Origin: Vibrio vulnificus CMCP6
Lineage (GTDB): Bacteria; Pseudomonadota; Gammaproteobacteria; Enterobacterales; Vibrionaceae
Direction of reading: 5' to 3'
Assembly: GCF_000039765.1 (NCBI RefSeq)
Contig: NC_004459.3
Coordinates: 2,691,127 to 2,723,126 of the forward strand
DNA length: 32,000 bases
The position numbers were made by a program, and so were the translations under genes. Within the stretch, counting starts at the first letter, position 1; each line of letters starts with the position of its first letter. Positions 17,048-27,455 of the stretch are shown one piece after another. The notes beneath the pieces were generated by a model. The model worked only from the letters and a program-made list of their open reading frames with translations. It had not been told where the DNA came from and made no database searches.

Positions 17048-19336
17048 ATGTCTTTTCGAATTAAAACCATCATCGGCATTGCCTGCATTGAAATCATCAT
17101 GTTGATGCTGCTGGTTTTCAGTGCCATGAACTTCATGCGCCAATCAAATCAAGAGCAGTTTATTCAAAAAGCCAATGCCACCTCACAGATGTTTGCTCGT
17201 GCATCCAAAGATGCCCTACTTTCCCTCGATCTCGCCACTTTGGATGATTTGACTCAAGAAATCCTCTCTCTTCCAGACATCCTCTATGTGGATATCCGCA
17301 ACAACGATCAGCAACTGGCGTTTGCAGGTGCTTTGCCAAAAGTGAGTGCCGATTGGCAAGCCGATGACCACGTCAGCTTAGGCGATTTGGTGTTTGATGT
17401 GAGTGAAAAGATCACCGTCGATGGCCTAACCTATGGTGAAATTCGCATGGGTTTTAACACCACGGCGATTCAAACCGCGCTTGATGAAGCGAGCAAAGCC
17501 ATCGTCCTTATCGCCGTATTAGAGATCATTCTTGTTGCTCTCTTTTCCTATTTTTTAGGGAGTTATCTCAGCCAAAATCTCTATCAACTCACTCGCGCGG
17601 CAGAGCGCGTTGCCAATGATGGCCCCGGCTTCCAACTTCAACTCAAGGCGAAAGATGAAATCGGCAAAGTGGCCGCCGCGTTTGACTCCATGTCGCATAA
17701 TCTCGCCACCAGCTACCAAGAGCTTGAGCAAGCCCGGACCCAAGCTGAGCTCGCCAATGAATCGAAAAGCCGCTTTCTGGCCTCCATGTCTCATGAAATT
17801 CGCACGCCGATGAATGGAGTGCTTGGGCTACTCGGCATTTTGGGTGAAACCAAACTGGACAACCATCAGCAAAACCTTGTCCATACGGCGAAAGAATCTG
17901 GCGAGCTGCTGCTTTCCATCATCAACGACATTCTTGATTTCTCTCGCATGGAAGCCAATACACTGATTCTTTACCCTCGCCCGTTTGAGCTAAAAAGCTG
18001 CGTTGAGGAAATCGTCAACAGCTTTGAACCCCTCGCCAAAACCAAAGGGTTGTACTTGTCTCTCACCTTCAACGATGAGTGTGACTACGTGGTGGTGGGT
18101 GACTCAAACCGCTATCGCCAAGTGCTGCTTAACTTGCTCGGCAACGCCGTCAAATTTACCCAAAAAGGAAGCGTGTCCCTTCATGTGACGACACAAAACG
18201 AAGGCGATAAGCTCTATATCCGCTGCGAGATCAACGACACCGGTATCGGTATTGCGCCCGATGCCATGGCCATTTTGTTCGAAGAGTTCACCATGGTCGA
18301 TCAGGGCTATTCACGGACTCGCGAAGGCTCGGGGCTTGGCCTTGCGATTTGTAAACGTCTTGCTCAATTGATGGAAGGTGAAATCAACGTTGAAAGCGAA
18401 GTGGGAAAAGGCTCTTGCTTTGTGTTTAGTGTGGAAATGCCACTGGCAGAACATGACACTGTCACGCAACAGGCTCAGCCTGACAATGATAGCGTCTGCA
18501 CATTGCTTCAAGGCAAACGCATCTTGGTAGCGGAAGACAACACCGCGAATCAGATGGTGATTAAAGCCATGTTTGAGCGCCTTGGCGTGGCGATCGACTT
18601 AGCCAACGATGGTTATGAAGCGGTGAGCATGGCATCAAATCACCACTACGACATTATTTTTATGGATATTTCGATGCCTGGCAAAGATGGCATGCAAGCG
18701 TGCAAAGAGATTCGTCAATTGCCCGATGCCAAACAAGCAGCAACGCCCATTATTGCGCTTACCGCACACGCGCTATATGGCGATAAAGAGAAGTTTCTTC
18801 GCTCTGGCATGAATGGCTACCTCTCTAAGCCGCTACGTAGCCGTCATTTAATTGAGGAGTTGAACAATATTTTAAGCGCATCCAATCACCACGATACTGC
18901 TCATAAGCCCCTTGAAACGGAGAAAACCAATCATATGCAGATCACCTTAACGTCAGAAAAAAACACCACCGCCCCATTGGTGGATGAATTGATCATTCAA
19001 CAAATGATTCGTGACACCAGTGCTGAGGTGATGCCGATGCTCATTGAGCATTACATTGAAGAATCGGAGCGGCGCTTGGTGAAGATTGATCAGGCGATCG
19101 CTCACAGCGATTTTCAACAACTGGAGTTTGAGTTACACACGCTAGGCAGTTCATCACTGGCGCTGGGCAATCGACGCTTATCCAACCTAGCCAGAAAGCT
19201 TGAGCGGCTGTGCGTGGCAAAGGAGTATGACGCTGTGATGGAAGACGCGTCTGGTATTGCTCAGCTAGCACACGATTCGCTGTCTGCACTAAACGAGCGC
19301 AAACAACTTGGGTTTGTAGAGCCAAACTCAATTTAA
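17048..19336 (+). CDS. sypF: Hybrid sensor histidine kinase (2 TM + ~130-aa periplasmic loop, HAMP, HisKA, HATPase_c, REC, HPt), SypF-like
   Basis: 762 aa. The H-box is [12 protein letters not shown]. The N/G boxes are [15 protein letters not shown] and [10 protein letters not shown]. The receiver has [13 protein letters not shown], and the C-terminal HPt has [18 protein letters not shown] lies just upstream of the ATG. Confidence 0.9.
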   Translation: MSFRIKTIIGIACIEIIMLMLLVFSAMNFMRQSNQEQFIQKANATSQMFARASKDALLSLDLATLDDLTQEILSLPDILYVDIRNNDQQLAFAGALPKVSADWQADDHVSLGDLVFDVSEKITVDGLTYGEIRMGFNTTAIQTALDEASKAIVLIAVLEIILVALFSYFLGSYLSQNLYQLTRAAERVANDGPGFQLQLKAKDEIGKVAAAFDSMSHNLATSYQELEQARTQAELANESKSRFLASMSHEIRTPMNGVLGLLGILGETKLDNHQQNLVHTAKESGELLLSIINDILDFSRMEANTLILYPRPFELKSCVEEIVNSFEPLAKTKGLYLSLTFNDECDYVVVGDSNRYRQVLLNLLGNAVKFTQKGSVSLHVTTQNEGDKLYIRCEINDTGIGIAPDAMAILFEEFTMVDQGYSRTREGSGLGLAICKRLAQLMEGEINVESEVGKGSCFVFSVEMPLAEHDTVTQQAQPDNDSVCTLLQGKRILVAEDNTANQMVIKAMFERLGVAIDLANDGYEAVSMASNHHYDIIFMDISMPGKDGMQACKEIRQLPDAKQAATPIIALTAHALYGDKEKFLRSGMNGYLSKPLRSRHLIEELNNILSASNHHDTAHKPLETEKTNHMQITLTSEKNTTAPLVDELIIQQMIRDTSAEVMPMLIEHYIEESERRLVKIDQAIAHSDFQQLEFELHTLGSSSLALGNRRLSNLARKLERLCVAKEYDAVMEDASGIAQLAHDSLSALNERKQLGFVEPNSI

Positions 19337-19492
19337 CGCGTTGAATATTGCTGTCCTAATACGAGATCGCACAACAACGATTTGAAAAAATTTCAATCAA
19401 AAATAGTCGCTTAACCCAGCAAAGCGCCACCCATGTGCTAAAACTATTATTAATATACGAGCAACAGACGGTGACATGGGTAAGGAGAAGAG

Positions 19493-20986
19493 ATGCGAGC
19501 AAAAGTACTGTTAGTCGAGGATTCCACTTCACTTGCCATTTTATATAAGCAATACGTCAAAGATGAGCCCTATGATATTTTTCACGTAGAAACCGGACGT
19601 GACGCGATTCAGTTTATTGAGCGCAATACGCCTCAACTGGTGATTTTGGATCTCAAGTTGCCCGATATGTCCGGGGAAGATGTGCTCGACTGGATCAACC
19701 AAAACGATATTCCGACCGCGGTTATCATCGCCACCGCTCATGGTTCCGTTGACATCGCCGTCAGCTTAATGAACAAAGGGGCGGAAGATTTTCTCGAAAA
19801 GCCAATAAAAGCCGACCGTTTAAAAACATCCATTGCCGTTCATCTAAAACGCGCCAAGTTAGAGCATTTGGTTGAGAACATGCAATCTCGCTTCGACAGG
19901 CCACGTTATCATGGCTTTATCGGCGCGTGCCTGCCAATGCAGGCCGTTTATAAAACCATTGATTCCGTGGCACCAACCACCGCCAGTGTTTTTATCAACG
20001 GAGAGAGTGGCACAGGGAAAGAAGTGTGTGCTGAAGCGATCCACAAACAGAGCCTACGCAAAGAGCAGCCCTTTATCGCAATCAACTGTGGGGCGATTCC
20101 TCGTGACTTAATGGAAAGCGAAATCTTTGGTCACTTAAAAGGGGCGTTTACTGGAGCGACAACCGACCGCAAAGGTGCGGCAATGCTGGCCAACGGCGGC
20201 ACGTTGTTTCTCGATGAATTGTGCGAAATGGAACTGGAGATGCAGAAAAAACTGCTGCGTTTTCTTCAGACTGGTACCTTCACCCCACTCGGCGGCAGTA
20301 AAGAAGTCAAGGTGGATGTTCGCATCATCTGCGCCACCAATCGCGATCCCCTCAAAGAGGTCGAAGAAGGCCGTTTTAGGGAAGATCTCTACTATCGTGT
20401 CCATGTGGTTCCCATTGAAATGCCGCCACTTAGAGAACGAGGTAATGACATTGTTGAGCTGGCCAATCACTTCCTCAAAACTTACGCCAAAGAAGACGGC
20501 AAAAAATTCAACTCAATCAGCAAAGAAGCGCAATCAATACTCAAAAAATACAACTGGCCGGGCAATGTTCGTCAGTTGCAAAACATCATTCGCAACATTG
20601 TCGTTCTCAACGATGACAACCAACTGAATGTGGAACATTTGCCGGCTCAGCTCACCACCAAACCGCAAACCGTCAAAGAACCCGCTAAACTCTCAACCCC
20701 ACCTCAACCTGCTCAAGCGGTCATACACGAGATGCACAACGGACATGAGGCGTTAAACCATCATTCGCTTGAGACGCAAACATCCAAGGCCAATCCACTC
20801 ACCCACAATGCGTTCCACCATTCTGACGGCAGTATCCGTCCAATGTGGCAAATCGAACGCGAAGCGATTCAAAACGCTATCGCCTTTTGCGATGGCAACG
20901 TGATCAGTGCAGCGGTGATGTTGGAACTAAGCCCCTCGACGGTGTATCGCAAAAAACAAGCGTGGGAGGCAGAAGAAAATGCCTGA
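19493..20986 (+). CDS. sypG: Sigma-54-dependent response regulator (REC, AAA+, Fis-type HTH), LuxO-like, SypG-like
   Basis: 497 aa. The receiver has LVILDLKLPDMSG. Walker A is GESGTGKE and the sigma-54 contact loop GAFTGA is present. Also present are LFLDEL and ATNRD. The C-terminal HTH is NVISAAVMLELSPSTVYRK. Confidence 0.9.
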   Translation: MRAKVLLVEDSTSLAILYKQYVKDEPYDIFHVETGRDAIQFIERNTPQLVILDLKLPDMSGEDVLDWINQNDIPTAVIIATAHGSVDIAVSLMNKGAEDFLEKPIKADRLKTSIAVHLKRAKLEHLVENMQSRFDRPRYHGFIGACLPMQAVYKTIDSVAPTTASVFINGESGTGKEVCAEAIHKQSLRKEQPFIAINCGAIPRDLMESEIFGHLKGAFTGATTDRKGAAMLANGGTLFLDELCEMELEMQKKLLRFLQTGTFTPLGGSKEVKVDVRIICATNRDPLKEVEEGRFREDLYYRVHVVPIEMPPLRERGNDIVELANHFLKTYAKEDGKKFNSISKEAQSILKKYNWPGNVRQLQNIIRNIVVLNDDNQLNVEHLPAQLTTKPQTVKEPAKLSTPPQPAQAVIHEMHNGHEALNHHSLETQTSKANPLTHNAFHHSDGSIRPMWQIEREAIQNAIAFCDGNVISAAVMLELSPSTVYRKKQAWEAEENA

Positions 20987-22112
20987 CGACAACAAAGCCA
21001 CACTCGGCAAAAAACGCCCAGCCAAAAGTCATCGCGTCGGGAAAGAGATATGGCTGCTGCTCGACTCTCTCGTTTACGGAGGGATTGAAAGCCATGTGAT
21101 TGAGCTCGCTTCGGCACTCAAGGCTCAGCATTATTCGGTACGTGTTTTATTAACCAACAAATATGTCCGTCGCCCACCGATTATGCAGCAGCTCAGACAG
21201 CGAGGGATCCGCGTTAACTACATCTCTCAGTTATCCGGTAATCACCCCATGCCCATTATGCAGTTAGCCGTTGCGCTAAAGCGCTATCGACCCATCGCCG
21301 TACATACCCATGGCTACAAAGCCAATATCTACGCGCGCTTAGCACGAATGATGAGCTTTCCGCATCTGCGTTTAGTCAGCACCTATCATGCAGGAGAAAG
21401 TAAAACGGGTAAGCTGTGGTTGTACGATTGGGTCGATCGCCTGACCAGCTTCATTAGCGATCATCGCTTTGCCGTCAGCGATGCTATTCTTCACTCTTTG
21501 CCTTTTGCTGGAGAGCGAATCAACAATTTTGTCCCGGTATCAGAGCTGGCAAAATCGCATCAGAATTGTTCGCAACACATCGGCTTCGTTGGCCGTTTGA
21601 GTTACGAAAAAGCCGCCGATCGTTTTGTCGAATTGGCGGAGCACTTTCCTTCCCTGATCTTCCATCTGTACGGTGACGGACCAGAACGCGAGCCGTTGGA
21701 GACGTTAGCGAACGACAACGTCGAGTTTTCTGGGTTTGTCAGCGACATGACGAAGGTTTGGCCTAAGATTTCCGTGTTGATCATCCCTTCTCGCTTTGAA
21801 GGCCTACCCATGGCAGCGTTAGAAGCCATGGCAAACGGCGTCGCTGTCATTGCGATGAATGTCGGCCAATTAGGCCAACTTATCGAACATGGTCAAAACG
21901 GTTTTATTGCACAAACAGAAGCAGATTTGGTGGCGCATTTGCAGAGTTGGTTGGAGATGCCGTCCGCGGAACAGCAACGCCTACTGTTTCAGGCGCGCGA
22001 GACCATAATGCAACACTATTCGCCTCAAGCTGTTTTGCCGCAAATTCTCTCGTCCTATCATATCGACAACGCTTTTCCCAATTTGAGAATCAAATTGACG
22101 CCTCACCATTAG
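20979..22112 (+). CDS. sypH: Glycosyltransferase family 4 (GT-B), SypH-like
   Basis: 377 aa. The N-terminal GGIESHV nucleotide-sugar-type loop and the C-terminal motif PSRFEGLPMAALEAMANGVAVIA (an E..G......EA signature) are present. It overlaps the sypG stop by 8 nt. Confidence 0.8.
   Translation: MPDDNKATLGKKRPAKSHRVGKEIWLLLDSLVYGGIESHVIELASALKAQHYSVRVLLTNKYVRRPPIMQQLRQRGIRVNYISQLSGNHPMPIMQLAVALKRYRPIAVHTHGYKANIYARLARMMSFPHLRLVSTYHAGESKTGKLWLYDWVDRLTSFISDHRFAVSDAILHSLPFAGERINNFVPVSELAKSHQNCSQHIGFVGRLSYEKAADRFVELAEHFPSLIFHLYGDGPEREPLETLANDNVEFSGFVSDMTKVWPKISVLIIPSRFEGLPMAALEAMANGVAVIAMNVGQLGQLIEHGQNGFIAQTEADLVAHLQSWLEMPSAEQQRLLFQARETIMQHYSPQAVLPQILSSYHIDNAFPNLRIKLTPHH
22075..22089 (+). promoter_or_regulatory. 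Enhancer-type palindrome TTCCCAATTTGAGAA (copy 2 of 4, one mismatch), inside the 3' end of the sypH-like CDS
   Basis: It has the same TTCTCA-N3-TGAGAA architecture as the other copies and is centred 80 bp upstream of the GG of the 22161 promoter. Confidence 0.55.
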
Positions 22113-22125
22113 CCAACAAGAAATG

Positions 22126-22160
22126 CTCGATTTTTCAGTGAGATAAATCGAGTATTTCTT
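22126..22160 (+). terminator. Putative terminator hairpin between sypH-like and sypI-like genes
   Basis: Stem CTCGATTT (22126-22133) / AAATCGAG (22145-22152) with an 11-nt loop, followed by TATTTCTTT. The stem is AT-rich, so this is uncertain. Confidence 0.4.
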
Positions 22161-22176
22161 TGGCACTGCCATTGCA
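22161..22176 (+). promoter_or_regulatory. Sigma-54 (-24/-12) promoter of the sypI-like operon
   Basis: TGGCACtgccaTTGCA is a perfect match to TGGCAC-N5-TTGCA. It lies 44 nt upstream of the ATG at 22220. Confidence 0.85.
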
Positions 22177-22219
22177 CTCCCTAGCTAACATGAGAATAAA
22201 TCGTGGATAGGGAATCACA

Positions 22220-23413
22220 ATGACAACAAGAACACCCATTTTATTTGTCCACTATGGGGATAACTGGATCCGAGGCAGCGAGACAACACTCATCCATCTA
22301 CTGGCAACGTTAGACACCCAACAGTTTGAGCCTATCGTATGGTCAAATTGTCAGCCTCTGCTCGATCATTTCGCTCAATGTGGTATCACCACCTATCAAG
22401 ACCCATTTTCGGTATTGGGTGTCATAGGGGCAAACAAGTTTAACCCCCTCAACACGATGAAATTGGTCGCCCGGGCGATCACCTTAATACAACGCCACCA
22501 TGTTTCGCTTATCCACGTCAACAGTGGCGCGCCTTGCCAATGGATGAGTATTGCTGCACGACTTTGTCACTGCCCACAGCTGCTTCAACTCCATGGCGAC
22601 TACCCACTCCGCGAGCGCTTTTTAATGGGCTTTCATCTCGCCGATAAAATTGTTTGCGTAAGTAACGCCATTAGCCAAGCAATGCAAAGTGAAGGGCTCA
22701 CACTGCCTCAATTGAGTGTGGTGCACAACGGCGTGGGTTTGCCTTCCTCATCACTTGACACTTCCCTCAAAACTCAACTTTCGATTCCACGCCAAGCCTT
22801 TACCTTCATCACGATTGGCTCCTTGATCGCGAGAAAAGGCGTGGATCGTTTGCTCAAGGCGCTCTATCTGCTGAAAAAAAATGGCGAGAAAGCCCATTTA
22901 GTGATCATTGGCGATGGCCCTGAACGTATAACCCTTAAGCACTTGAGCGAGACATTGGGACTAAGCGAGCAAGTGCACTGGTTAGGCGAAAAAGCCAACG
23001 CCGCCATGTGGCTGAAATCCGATGCGGATGCTTTTGTTAGCGGCGCTTACCAAGAGGCGTTTGGATTGGTGATTGCAGAAGCCATGATGGCGGAGTTGCC
23101 TGTGATTGCCCCACGCACTGGAGGCATTCCCGAATTCGTTTCTCATAACCGAAATGGGCTGCTGTATCACAACAGCGGCGTATTTTCACTGGTGCAAGCC
23201 ATGCAAACGCTGATGCTGAATCCGGCGCTGAGTCACAAGCTCAAACAAACTGCCTACGTGGATGCGCATGAAAACCTGACGATTCACTGCAACACCCAAA
23301 CGTTGCAAGCGCATTATCTCGCCTTGATGAAGCGCGACCAACCCGCCCCTCAATGGCGTGCGATGCTGCGTCCCCTTCTTTACTTCTTTCGTCGTAAGGA
23401 GCTGCTGTCATGA
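22220..23413 (+). CDS. sypI: Glycosyltransferase family 4, SypI-like
   Basis: 397 aa. It shows a GT-B pattern, with the C-terminal motif QEAFGLVIAEAMMAELPVIAPRTGGIPEFV. Confidence 0.8.
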   Translation: MTTRTPILFVHYGDNWIRGSETTLIHLLATLDTQQFEPIVWSNCQPLLDHFAQCGITTYQDPFSVLGVIGANKFNPLNTMKLVARAITLIQRHHVSLIHVNSGAPCQWMSIAARLCHCPQLLQLHGDYPLRERFLMGFHLADKIVCVSNAISQAMQSEGLTLPQLSVVHNGVGLPSSSLDTSLKTQLSIPRQAFTFITIGSLIARKGVDRLLKALYLLKKNGEKAHLVIIGDGPERITLKHLSETLGLSEQVHWLGEKANAAMWLKSDADAFVSGAYQEAFGLVIAEAMMAELPVIAPRTGGIPEFVSHNRNGLLYHNSGVFSLVQAMQTLMLNPALSHKLKQTAYVDAHENLTIHCNTQTLQAHYLALMKRDQPAPQWRAMLRPLLYFFRRKELLS

Positions 23414-24588
23414 AACAGAACGTGTTAATTTTTGATCCCATAAGCTATCTAGGCGGGTCTAAAATCGCCACACAAGAGATGCTGCACGTCGCCAAACAGC
23501 GCTCAATCCATTTCTATATCGTCACCGCTAATCGCGATAACTGGCAAAGCGCATTGGCTCATGGCAATTGTTCAGTCTATTCATACCCGACGATAGCCAT
23601 GTTGCTCGCGGAACAAGGGTTAAAGTACTGGCTGCTGCAAACCTATCATTGGCTGGTTTTGCTGGTGATCACTTTGCGTTTGCCTAAGATCCATCGGCTC
23701 ATGGGCATTTCTGGCCCAGGGCTTGATATGCCACTTTATCTTTTCAAACTCATGTTCAAAACACCGATTACTCAAGTGATTCATGGCAAAGTGGCGCGGT
23801 CGCGTTCAATTGGCTATTGCCTCTCGGTAGCGGAAAAGGTGTTTTATCTGCCTTGTGCGAAAAAAAGCCTCTTCGGGGCGCTGTGTCGCTACTACGAAAA
23901 AACAGCCCCCTCAATGGCCAACACAGACCGAGCTAGAATGGTGTTTGAGCGCAACAACTTTGTCCCTTTTACCAATGGATTAAGTGCAGAGCAGTGGCCA
24001 ACAGAGTGCGATGCACAATCGGATCAACTCTTTTGGGCGGCGTCATTACTCAAATGGAAGGGGCTTGATTTGCTGGTTGAGGCATTAAAAATTCATCCTC
24101 AAGACATCGACTGCCACGTTTGCTATATCCAACCTCAGCAGACTCAACTGGCGGTAAGTGAACCGGATCTCACCCTCACGCGCTGCCATTGGTATCAACA
24201 GCCAAGCCATCTTGATCATATCCGCTCACAGTGCTCAATCTTTATTTCCACCAGCCAAAATGAGCCTTTTGGCTTATCCATTCTCGAAGCACTGGCTGCG
24301 GGTCTGTGTGTGATCATCCCCGACGATGGTGCTTTCTGGGCTGAAAAACTGACAGATGGCGAACACTGCATTAAATACCAACCCAATAGTGCAAAAGATT
24401 TGCGGCAGAAAATTGAGCTGCTGCTCGCCTCACCCTGTAACCGTCAACGTTTATCACGCAATGGCAGAACCTTAGCCAAGCTCTATCGTTCCGATCTTTG
24501 TTACCAGCCAATCATCGATTCATTAGGGGGAAAACTCACACGCAATGTCATCCCACTTAGCCGTACTCGACAAAAAGGTGCGCTATGA
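23410..24588 (+). CDS. sypJ: Glycosyltransferase (GT-B, GT4-like), SypJ-like
   Basis: 392 aa. The C-terminal motif is SQNEPFGLSILEALAAGLCVIIPDDG. The start overlaps the sypI stop by 4 nt. Confidence 0.7.
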   Translation: MKQNVLIFDPISYLGGSKIATQEMLHVAKQRSIHFYIVTANRDNWQSALAHGNCSVYSYPTIAMLLAEQGLKYWLLQTYHWLVLLVITLRLPKIHRLMGISGPGLDMPLYLFKLMFKTPITQVIHGKVARSRSIGYCLSVAEKVFYLPCAKKSLFGALCRYYEKTAPSMANTDRARMVFERNNFVPFTNGLSAEQWPTECDAQSDQLFWAASLLKWKGLDLLVEALKIHPQDIDCHVCYIQPQQTQLAVSEPDLTLTRCHWYQQPSHLDHIRSQCSIFISTSQNEPFGLSILEALAAGLCVIIPDDGAFWAEKLTDGEHCIKYQPNSAKDLRQKIELLLASPCNRQRLSRNGRTLAKLYRSDLCYQPIIDSLGGKLTRNVIPLSRTRQKGAL

Positions 24589-26045
24589 GATTACAACAAC
24601 TGCGCCACTCCCGTTCACTGCAAAATATGTCACTGTTTGGCGTGGCTCTGATTTTACAAAAAGGCGCGGCACTGTTGATGCTGCCCATTATGGCGCACTA
24701 TCTTTCCACCACTCAGTTGGGCACGTTGGAGTTATTGGCGTCCATTGGCACCTTTTCCGCGCTGATGGTTTCGCTCTCCTTGCATGAAGTGCTTTACCGT
24801 TTCGCAGCCCCCTGTGAATCGATGAATGAGAAAAAGCAGGTGGTGAATCAGGTCTACTCGCTCGCAGCGATCATCGCGCTGACGTTTTTCTTACTCGCTT
24901 TCGCCATCGTCCAAAACATCGCGTGGAATGGAGAACTCAACAGCATCACACTGTCACTTCTGTTCGCCTGCATCAGCCTTGAATGTTTGATTGCCATCGG
25001 CACCGCTTGGTTAAGAATTCAAGATGACAAAGCCAAAGCGCTGGTCACGATAACGCTGAGTGCGCTCGTTCTCCAGCTCTCTTGTGTATTGCTGGTGCTG
25101 CACTATCGGCCGAGTGTCACTGGACTATTGCTTTGCAGCTTACTCAGCGCACTTTATCAATGCGTAGCGCTGCACTGGCTAAATCGCTATCGGATCGCTT
25201 CCATCTCATCGGCGCAGCTTAAGCGCTGGTTGCACTACGCCGCACCGCTGATGCTCTCCGCATTGCTGGCTTTTACGTTAAATGGGGCAGAAAGATGGTT
25301 TATTGGTGGGTTTTCTTCTCTTGCTCAATTGGGTATTTACGCGATTGCCGCGAAATTTTCGCTCGCCTTGTGTATTTTGGTGCAGCCTTTTGGCATGTGG
25401 TGGATGCCAAAACGTTTCGAATGCCTTGCCCACTCAGGCGAGACGAAAGCCGTCAAGATCAGTCAATGTGGGCTGGTGTATATCTCACTGCTTGCGGTCG
25501 CGGTATTTGCAATTGCAAAAGTGTTTGTTCTCTACGCCTTACCCAGCAGCTTTGCTTCTGCGATCACCTTTTTAGCATTGCTCATCCCAGCGGCGATGTT
25601 CAAAGAAAGTTATGAGCTAGTGAATCTCGGCCTACTCTATCGTCATCAAACTCGGCAGTTGCTGATACTGAATCTGGTCTGTGCGCTGTTGGCCGTGAGT
25701 TTGTTTTGGGGGCTGTCATCCTTTGGCGTGGTCGGTGTCTGCTTTGCCCTTGCGATCACGCAAGGTGTGCGAGCTATTGGCGTGATGGTGTTAAGCCAAC
25801 GAGCCTTTGCTCTTCCATGGCAGTTTTTCCGTCTGGCGATGATTTTTCTCTGCGCGTTAATTGGCGTTGGCGCACTCTATTTCGCAAGCGACTGGCTAAC
25901 GGGGGCTGTTTCAATCTTACTCTGCTTGGGCGTGATCATCGTGTTGGCATGGCCGATTCTGCACTTTCAATCCACCCCACGAGAATCCACCCAACAAGGC
26001 TTGCAGGCAGCACCGTCATTGAACGCCCATGAGGAGGCGTTATGA
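24585..26045 (+). CDS. sypK: Polysaccharide flippase (MOP/Wzx family, multi-pass membrane protein), SypK-like
   Basis: 486 aa, and hydrophobic throughout with roughly 12-14 predicted helices. Its position and size match a Wzx-type transporter. The start overlaps the sypJ stop. Confidence 0.75.
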   Translation: MRLQQLRHSRSLQNMSLFGVALILQKGAALLMLPIMAHYLSTTQLGTLELLASIGTFSALMVSLSLHEVLYRFAAPCESMNEKKQVVNQVYSLAAIIALTFFLLAFAIVQNIAWNGELNSITLSLLFACISLECLIAIGTAWLRIQDDKAKALVTITLSALVLQLSCVLLVLHYRPSVTGLLLCSLLSALYQCVALHWLNRYRIASISSAQLKRWLHYAAPLMLSALLAFTLNGAERWFIGGFSSLAQLGIYAIAAKFSLALCILVQPFGMWWMPKRFECLAHSGETKAVKISQCGLVYISLLAVAVFAIAKVFVLYALPSSFASAITFLALLIPAAMFKESYELVNLGLLYRHQTRQLLILNLVCALLAVSLFWGLSSFGVVGVCFALAITQGVRAIGVMVLSQRAFALPWQFFRLAMIFLCALIGVGALYFASDWLTGAVSILLCLGVIIVLAWPILHFQSTPRESTQQGLQAAPSLNAHEEAL

Positions 26046-27403
26046 CCGTCACCCCTCGCTACCCACATCTGGCGTTTGTGCTGACACTTTGTATGGTGGT
26101 GGCGCTGGTATGGGCTTGGCAACCCAACCCACTTGTGGTGGTAGCGCTTTGCTTACTCCCTATCGCAACGCTTTATGTGCTCAATCAAACCTTTTGGTTG
26201 GTACTGTTGTTTGTGGTGTTCTCTTTTTTTCGTATCCATGAAGCCATTCCACAGCTCTATTCTCTGAAAATTCCCTTATTGCTTTCATTTGGCGCTTTGG
26301 CGGCATTGGGCTGGCATCTTATCATTACACGACAGTTGAAGCCCTACTGGCACCCTGTGATGAACTGGTTAGTCGCCTTTTGGCTTGTGGTTGTCATTGG
26401 TCTTTTCTTTGCAGGCAATCGAGGAGTGGCATTTGGCGCTTTTTCCAGTGTCTACTGGAAAATCATGGTGATGACCTTAGCCATCATGTGGCTCGTCACC
26501 AGCGCTAAACATCTCAACATTATTTCGATTACCATCACGCTCTCTGGCTTACTGATTGGTTGCGTGGCACTGAGTAACGCCATGCAAGGGATTGGCCTAG
26601 TGGAAGGCTCACGAGTGACCATCGGGCGCGATCTGGGTTCTATGCTTGGTGATCCAAACGACCTGGCGTTAGTGCTGATGTTTCCATTTGCGTTTAGCGT
26701 TAGCTTAAGTTTTCATCGCAGAACCCACGTGGCGGTGCGCCTTCTCGCGGGCGTGACGTGTGCGATCCTTTTCCTGGCACTACTGGAAACACAAAGCCGT
26801 GGTGGGTTGCTCGGTGCCATGGCGGTTCTGGGTTACTTCGCCAACAAAACCATTCGCAATAAAACGGTGCTGATCCTCCTTGGGTGTGTGGCCAGTTTGC
26901 TTCTCTATGCGGTGGCGGGGATATCCGATCGCGCTTCTGGCGGCTCAGCCGAAGAAGGCATTGATGCTTCAGCCATGGGGCGACTCTACGCTTGGGAGGC
27001 CGCTTTCAAAATGGCATTGGCCCATCCTTTACTTGGCGTCGGGTTACAAAACTTTTACTACAACTATTTCTTCTACAGCCCGCACTGGGATGGGCTCAAT
27101 CACGCCGTACACAGCACTTGGTTTGGCGTACTTGCCGAAACAGGGTTTGTTGGCCTAACTCTGTTTCTTGGTCTCATTGTTTGCTTAATCAAAACCTCTT
27201 TGCACTCTATTCGGCAAATTCACTGCCAAAAACCGACCGCCATTGATATTGCCGCCAACGCGGTCTTTGCCGGGCTTTTGGGAACGATCGTCTCCGGTAC
27301 TTTTCTCACCCAAGGGTTTACTTGGCCAATTTATATTCTTACCGCCCTCACTATCGCCATCAGCCACATCATTAAAATTGATTCTCAAAATGAGAATGCC
27401 TAA
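26042..27403 (+). CDS. sypL: O-antigen ligase/polymerase-like (Wzy_C domain) membrane protein, SypL-like
   Basis: 453 aa and polytopic. A large loop carries LETQSRGGLLGA and ...HAVHSTWFGVLAETGFVG..., typical of the Wzy_C/O-antigen-ligase family. The start overlaps the sypK stop. Confidence 0.75.
   Translation: MTVTPRYPHLAFVLTLCMVVALVWAWQPNPLVVVALCLLPIATLYVLNQTFWLVLLFVVFSFFRIHEAIPQLYSLKIPLLLSFGALAALGWHLIITRQLKPYWHPVMNWLVAFWLVVVIGLFFAGNRGVAFGAFSSVYWKIMVMTLAIMWLVTSAKHLNIISITITLSGLLIGCVALSNAMQGIGLVEGSRVTIGRDLGSMLGDPNDLALVLMFPFAFSVSLSFHRRTHVAVRLLAGVTCAILFLALLETQSRGGLLGAMAVLGYFANKTIRNKTVLILLGCVASLLLYAVAGISDRASGGSAEEGIDASAMGRLYAWEAAFKMALAHPLLGVGLQNFYYNYFFYSPHWDGLNHAVHSTWFGVLAETGFVGLTLFLGLIVCLIKTSLHSIRQIHCQKPTAIDIAANAVFAGLLGTIVSGTFLTQGFTWPIYILTALTIAISHIIKIDSQNENA
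27382..27396 (+). promoter_or_regulatory. Enhancer-type palindrome TTCTCAAAATGAGAA (copy 3 of 4), inside the 3' end of the sypL-like CDS
   Basis: The arms are perfect and extend to 7 bp (ATTCTCA/TGAGAAT). It is centred 68 bp upstream of the GG of the 27456 promoter. Confidence 0.6.
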
Positions 27404-27455
27404 ACACCAACGCAGCAGCAAACGCTAAGCTATTGAATTATCGATAATCTCCAAG

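Noticed and set aside
19396-19420. TTGAAA-N3-TTTCAA inverted repeat upstream of the sigma-54 activator gene, considered as a fifth enhancer-like site
   Set aside because: The arm sequence differs from the TTCTCA/TGAGAA motif. The element is a very AT-rich low-complexity tract, and no -24/-12 element follows it.
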